This document shows, one piece after another, positions 59,265 through 64,000 of a stretch of 64,000 nucleotides of DNA (position 1 is the stretch's first letter; every line of letters starts with the position of its first letter). A model generated the notes under the pieces. It saw only the letters and a program-made list of their open reading frames with translations. It did no database searches and had not been told where the DNA came from. The translations under genes and the position numbers were made by a program. The stretch is from an uncultured Poribacteria bacterium (GTDB taxonomy: Bacteria; Poribacteria; WGA-4E; WGA-3G): contig OX638351.1 of the NCBI GenBank assembly GCA_951813565.1, positions 2,688,001-2,752,000 on the forward strand, read 5' to 3'.

Positions 59265-60520
59265 TTATTTCTCCGAGTCATGAGAGTCTGTGCTTTTTGC
59301 AGCCCTTCGTATAAACGATCTACATCTTCAAATGTGTTGTATAAGTAAAAACTGGCACGGGCAGTAGCGATAACATCCAATTTTTTCATCAGCGGTTGCG
59401 CGCAGTGATGCCCCGCACGGATTGCGACGTTATGCGTATCCAAAATGCCAGCGATGTCATGTGGATGGATGCCCTCCATATTAAAGGAGATGACACCTGC
59501 TTTCTGATGTGGTGCCGGTCCGTAAAGCGTGATGCCTTCAATTTCTTGTAGTTTATCATGTGCATATTTAAGCAGTTCCTGTTCATGCACATGAATTGAT
59601 GCTAATCCTGCTTGCGTAATATAATCTACGGCAGCACCGAGTCCGATTGCCTCAGCGATGCTTGGCGTGCCTGCCTCAAATTTTGCTGGCACATCTGCAT
59701 AGGTTGAAATATCGCGTTCAACAGAACGAATCATTGACCCGCCGCCGAGAAACGGTGGCATCTCCTCAAGTAGTTCCAATTTGCCGTATAGGACACCAAC
59801 ACCGGTCGGGCCACACATCTTATGTCCAGAAAATGCAAGAAAATCGCAATCTAACTGCTGCACGTCAACATGAAAGTGTGGAACAGATTGCGCTGCATCT
59901 ACAATAACCTTCGCACCTGCAGCGTGTGCTGCGTCAATAACAGACTGCATCGGGTTAATCGTGCCGAGAACGTTAGAGACATGCGTTATCGCAACCAACT
60001 TTGTTTTTTCGGAAAGCACATCGCGGAGCTGCGTAAAGTCAAGCAAGCCTTCATCGGTTATCTCAAGGAATCGGAGCGATGCGCCGGTGCGTTGTGCAAG
60101 CAGTTGCCACGGAACAAGGTTACTATGGTGCTCAAGATCAGTGAGAACGATCTCATCACCTTGTTGGATATTTAGACTTCCCCAACTGTATGCAACGAGG
60201 TTGATAGACTCTGTGGTATTCCGCGTAAAGACAATTTGGCTTGTCCGCGGTGCGTTAATCAACCGTGCGACTTTCTGTCGTGCTTTTTCGTATTGATCTG
60301 TCGCCTCCTCTGAAATCCGATAGATGCCGCGATGGATATTGGAACGATAGGTATCATAATACGCGTCCATTGCCTCAACAACAGGGCGCGGTGTTTGTGT
60401 TGACGCAGCACTGTCGAGAAATGCTAACGGCGGCGTGTCCGCAAAAATTGGAAAATCTTTGCGAATGGCTTGGAGATCAAGTGGACGAAAATCGGAGGTT
60501 TGCATTGTTTTTTGTGTCAT
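59261..60520 (-). CDS. sufS: Cysteine desulfurase
   Basis: LDSAAS, SGHKMCGPTG, RAGHHCAQP. Confidence 0.95.
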   Translation of the reverse strand: MTQKTMQTSDFRPLDLQAIRKDFPIFADTPPLAFLDSAASTQTPRPVVEAMDAYYDTYRSNIHRGIYRISEEATDQYEKARQKVARLINAPRTSQIVFTRNTTESINLVAYSWGSLNIQQGDEIVLTDLEHHSNLVPWQLLAQRTGASLRFLEITDEGLLDFTQLRDVLSEKTKLVAITHVSNVLGTINPMQSVIDAAHAAGAKVIVDAAQSVPHFHVDVQQLDCDFLAFSGHKMCGPTGVGVLYGKLELLEEMPPFLGGGSMIRSVERDISTYADVPAKFEAGTPSIAEAIGLGAAVDYITQAGLASIHVHEQELLKYAHDKLQEIEGITLYGPAPHQKAGVISFNMEGIHPHDIAGILDTHNVAIRAGHHCAQPLMKKLDVIATARASFYLYNTFEDVDRLYEGLQKAQTLMTRRNK

Positions 60521-60536
60521 ATCAGCTCCAACTGAT

Positions 60537-61313
60537 TTAATTGTCGTTTTGACGGTTCGCAAGTTGTGCACGGAGTCGTTCTATCTCCGCTTTTAATTCT
60601 TGTCGTTTCTGCACTTCTCCTTCGACCCGTGCCTCTGCCGCCTCTTTAAGATGTTGTTCTTCTATAGAAGTTGTAATCGGGGTGCCATCAGGCAGATATG
60701 GACGTAAAAGTCTCACGTGTGTCGTCTGGTCCTCCTTCCACCGAAACCATAGATTTAAAGCTTCACTGAACAAACCGCCTTCCGCATCTGGCACTATCTC
60801 AACGATGTCACCTGAAGGACTCCGCCTCCACCCACGAAACTCTGCGGACTTCTCCATCTCAGGTTGATGGATGAAATACTCTTGAACACCTATATCATTC
60901 AGATACAACGCAACTTTTTTATTTCGATCTTGATGTGCTGTTGAATCAGAGAGAAACTCAAAAACAGCAATGGGTGCAGCGCCCTCCGCCCACGTATAGA
61001 AACTGCGGCGTAACGGGTATTTATCAACACCAAACACGATGTGGATATCAGGGGCGACACATTTTGTTATGTCCCCTTCGCTATAATAGATAAAACTGTC
61101 AACGGCAATGTGAACCAGATCGTTGATTGCGAAATACCTTTTGAGTTGGTCGGATAACGTGGTTATCTGTTCAGCGTGAAAATCGGTTTCAGCCATCGGT
61201 TCGTCGTCTTCACCCGGATACCCTTCAATATAGACGGTCGTTTTGCCATTCGCCTTTGGGAAGACTGGCATATATTTTCTCTGTTTGATTTGAAAGTCCT
61301 TTACGGTATTCAT
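60537..61313 (-). CDS. Uma2 family putative endonuclease
   Basis: EPMAETDFH, APD, FEFLSDST, EYFI; coiled-coil tail. Confidence 0.85.
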   Translation of the reverse strand: MNTVKDFQIKQRKYMPVFPKANGKTTVYIEGYPGEDDEPMAETDFHAEQITTLSDQLKRYFAINDLVHIAVDSFIYYSEGDITKCVAPDIHIVFGVDKYPLRRSFYTWAEGAAPIAVFEFLSDSTAHQDRNKKVALYLNDIGVQEYFIHQPEMEKSAEFRGWRRSPSGDIVEIVPDAEGGLFSEALNLWFRWKEDQTTHVRLLRPYLPDGTPITTSIEEQHLKEAAEARVEGEVQKRQELKAEIERLRAQLANRQNDN

Positions 61314-61331
61314 GACTTTCTCCGTTGCGTA

Positions 61332-61400
61332 TTATACCGTGCTTTGGTCGCCCATTTCTCACATAACTTCAAGGTTGTCGCCGAAGTATAGGGTGTTCAT
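61332..61400 (-). pseudogene. Stub of an N4/N6 DNA methyltransferase gene
   Basis: MNTLYFGDNLEVM*EMGDQS; ATGA overlap with the upstream stop. Confidence 0.7.
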
Positions 61401-62041
61401 TGGATTGAACTCCCAAAATCTAAACTCTTTTGGAAAACTTCAAATGCGTTCGCTACTTTTTTCGCAATATCAGACGAAATCAGAAACCATTCGTTTCCTG
61501 GTGCATCCTGAATGTGCATATCCTTTTCTTTCAGAATAGAGTGTATAATTTGCTCTAAATTTCTGGGGTTTTCTGTGTACATAACAACTTCTGTTTTAGG
61601 TTCTTCTGGCATACCCGTCACCTGATCTTCTATTCTGCCCTGTGGATCACCGGTTTCAGTGTATCCGATCTTGCATGGCCACCTATCTTCACCTTTGAGT
61701 TCAGCCCGTTCTTTGTAAGCAGGATAATAGTAAACATAAACACACCCATTAGGATCAGGGGCTGGTTTTTTCTCGTTATCAATAATATCCCAGATACCAC
61801 TATTTTTGGGATAGTTCTCGTTATCGGCAAGGTTTTCTCTCTTGAGATTATTTAAGACATTTGTAACAGGATGGACTTTACTATTATATTTCAGTCCGCC
61901 CTTGTTTTCATGCACTTCATCAACCTTTTTAATAATATCTTGTTTCTTGACTCTATCTTGTCCTTTGAAAAACTCAAGGACAAGTTGTCGTGCCATTGGG
62001 GTATTCAAATGCTCTCCAACATGTTCATATTGGTTACTCAT
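61397..62041 (-). CDS. GIY-YIG (T5orf172-like) nuclease with N-terminal helical domain
   Basis: GCVYVY, KIGYT, R, LEQIIH, NEWF. Confidence 0.85.
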   Translation of the reverse strand: MSNQYEHVGEHLNTPMARQLVLEFFKGQDRVKKQDIIKKVDEVHENKGGLKYNSKVHPVTNVLNNLKRENLADNENYPKNSGIWDIIDNEKKPAPDPNGCVYVYYYPAYKERAELKGEDRWPCKIGYTETGDPQGRIEDQVTGMPEEPKTEVVMYTENPRNLEQIIHSILKEKDMHIQDAPGNEWFLISSDIAKKVANAFEVFQKSLDFGSSIQ

Positions 62042-62090
62042 AAAAATATCTCCTTAAAGTGTCGAGTGAACAAGTAGTACGTCTGCATCT

Positions 62091-62126
62091 GATTTGTAGG
62101 TTGTCGCCTAAGTAGAGTTTGTTCAT
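62091..62126 (-). pseudogene. Second DNA methyltransferase stub
   Basis: MNKLYLGDNLQI beginning 2 nt after the DUF2806 stop. Confidence 0.65.
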
Positions 62127-62128
62127 AC

Positions 62129-62956
62129 TTACCTTGATAAAGGAACTTTAATCCTAATTATTTTCTCGTCTTCTACACTGCATTTTGAACCGAACATACT
62201 ACTCCAATTCCTATGTTTCAGATATTCAAAAAAACCTTCAACCGGCTTATTTTCACATATTGATAATAACTCCTTACCAATACTTGTAAGTGCTATAGAA
62301 CCAAGACTCATGTTATCGTTGTCGTCCCCAGCATTCATATACTCTAATTTTTTATGAAAATAAAATATGGAAACTGATTCACCAGGGTTTAGACGCGGTT
62401 CCTGAGGTCTGGTTGTTCCTCTGCCTCCTCCCCAAAAAGTAGCACTTTCAATGACGTTAAGAGTGCAAAGATGTTCTAATACCTCTGAATTGATTCCATT
62501 CTGTGTGTAAATTTCATGACTTGGACGATCTATTAATGGAACCTGCTCGGAGTTTATATTACAAATAAAACCACAAAGAGATATAAACCATTCAGCATCC
62601 TGTTTTCCGAAATTTTCTAACGAGTTAACTGTTAATTGTGAAAAACTACCCGGCGTATCTGATTCTCTTGCCAAAATCCTTGACCATAAATCTTGCACAT
62701 CAGCATCAGACACTGTCTGGCACTTATCCAAAAAATTTAAAAACCATCCACTATCTACATTAAGCGAAATAGAACCTGATTGACGACTCTTGGTTCTTGC
62801 CCCTTCTATTATGCTGCACATATTCATAGCGTGAATCAAATCACGCTTTTCGTTCCATCTCCTTAATGTGCCTTCAGATAAAGCAGATACACCCTTCGAT
62901 AATTCTCGAATTGCTGTGTCAGCAACTTTTCCCCATCCCTCCAATTCATTCTGCAT
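62129..62956 (-). CDS. DUF2806 domain protein
   Basis: W..F.....VSD..Q.LWSRILARE...PGSFS..T. Confidence 0.8.
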   Translation of the reverse strand: MQNELEGWGKVADTAIRELSKGVSALSEGTLRRWNEKRDLIHAMNMCSIIEGARTKSRQSGSISLNVDSGWFLNFLDKCQTVSDADVQDLWSRILARESDTPGSFSQLTVNSLENFGKQDAEWFISLCGFICNINSEQVPLIDRPSHEIYTQNGINSEVLEHLCTLNVIESATFWGGGRGTTRPQEPRLNPGESVSIFYFHKKLEYMNAGDDNDNMSLGSIALTSIGKELLSICENKPVEGFFEYLKHRNWSSMFGSKCSVEDEKIIRIKVPLSR

Positions 62957-63061
62957 TATTACTATTCCTCCTTATTGGCAAGCGGGTCTAACGCCTTTAT
63001 GCAGTAAGTTTGTTGGATTTAGCAAACCCTACCTTACTTACAGACTATCGAATGCGCGGTT

Positions 63062-63433
63062 TCAACGTCTCTGCTGCTCAATAAAACCTATTTTTATATG
63101 TATTGTTTTATGGAGAAATATACGATTATATTCTTGGAACCCGCCTATCGCCATTCTACGACCCATAGACGCTGTTTCACTAGGAGGTTTTAACAATCTG
63201 ATATCCTTTTTATATTCATATCCAAGCAAATCTTTTATGTTATAGTAAATGTTCAAAGCAATTTCTTCAGCTTTGATGTTAGAAACAAGTCGTTGAAATT
63301 TCTGTGGGCTGCCTTCATAAGGCGGATATTCCACTGAAATTTCAAACCAAGGAGGATCTGTTTCTTCTTCAACAATAGCAATGTTGAAATTGCTTTCTGA
63401 ATTCATAGCAGTAATAAGATTTCCTACAGCCAA
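63062..63433 (-). CDS. Hypothetical protein
   Basis: AT-rich ORF co-oriented with neighbours; start uncertain. Confidence 0.4.
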   Translation of the reverse strand: MAVGNLITAMNSESNFNIAIVEEETDPPWFEISVEYPPYEGSPQKFQRLVSNIKAEEIALNIYYNIKDLLGYEYKKDIRLLKPPSETASMGRRMAIGGFQEYNRIFLHKTIHIKIGFIEQQRR

Positions 63434-63458
63434 TTCTAATTGTTTTATGATGGTAGCT

Positions 63459-63845
63459 GGGTGTGTAAAGTTTTTGTAGAAATCCGCACAACTCCTATTG
63501 TAGGGGCGGGTCTCCGGGGAATGCCAAAAGGCATTCGGACCCGGTGAATGACTAAATGTCGTTCATACCGTTGATTTCTTGATTTGGTGCCTGCCCGTTG
63601 CATGGCACGTCCTGCGCAGTGGCGGGGCACAGGGACCCCGCCCATAGGCGTCAATTTAAGCACACAATTACCAGATTGCCTCTTGTGGGAGGGCTTTATA
63701 AGCCCGATTTATATGTATTTATCGGGGTTGAAAACCCGACAAATGCCAAAAAGCGCATTTGGCGTTGATTTGGCAGCATGCCAAACGCGCATGCTGCGTT
63801 GATTCACTCCCACAAGAGGGTATATCCTTAAATTGACGCATAAGG
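63459..63845. mobile_element. Composite MITE/REP cluster
   Basis: GGGTGTGTAAA end matching 51652; sub-element 63641-63845 with GCGTCAATTTAAG/CTTAAATTGACGC TIRs; GTGGGAG REP doublet with hairpin micro-modules. Confidence 0.75.
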
Positions 63846-63937
63846 TACGTTTTCCTAACTGCTCCATAAATATGAATCAAGTTAATGTGGTATTATATAA
63901 AAATTAAAAACAGATTAGGTAATTTAGTAGAAAAGTC

Positions 63938-63965
63938 CGGTGCGGTTAGGAAATCGTACCTACCG
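63938..63965. repeat. REP (GTAGGTGCGG family), degenerate
   Basis: GGTGCGGTTAGGAAATCGTACCTACC resembles 33187-33213. Confidence 0.6.
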
Positions 63966-64000
63966 GGTTTAGGAAATTTAGAATTACCGAATTAAAATCT

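Noticed and set aside
61359..61361. TGA recoding in the MTase stub
   Set aside because: TGA is a normal stop elsewhere in the window and the frame ends at TAA nine codons later
62957..63061. Integron attC site (GTTAGAC on the minus strand)
   Set aside because: No convincing complementary core or L boxes, no similar site after neighbouring genes, no integrase

Overview
A ~42% GC (estimated by eye) bacterial chromosomal segment. The gene style suggests Candidatus Poribacteria or a close relative (inference): internalin-type LRR protein with cohesin/dockerin/FlgD-like tail, a C-terminal LxTTWGxLK motif, Uma2 paralogs, heparinase II/III and Gfo/Idh/MocA enzymes. Housekeeping blocks are rpsB-tsf-frr-cdsA-dxr-rseP-udg-priA (no pyrH or uppS), mqnE-mqnA-fur, trpS, trpF, queE and sufS-sufU-Rieske-sufT. 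A nitrogen locus has two paralogous putative beta-barrel proteins (one behind a sigma70 promoter, one behind a near-consensus sigma54 promoter) and two Amt transporters with no glnK; both barrels and the second Amt have a predicted mature D-x-H (ATCUN-type) N-terminus. A TnpB-only IS200/IS605 element splits a YgiT-type zinc-finger gene at a reconstructable junction. Intergenic DNA holds a layered set of non-coding mobile elements: several MITE families with target duplications, GTAG-type REP palindromes, and ~35-40 bp hairpin+CGTTGATTTG micro-modules inserted into REPs and into one another, with filled and empty alleles both present. Several accessory genes are followed by short stubs of lost neighbours (two DNA-methyltransferase starts, one PIN-toxin start). 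No CRISPR array, tRNA or rRNA gene was recognised.
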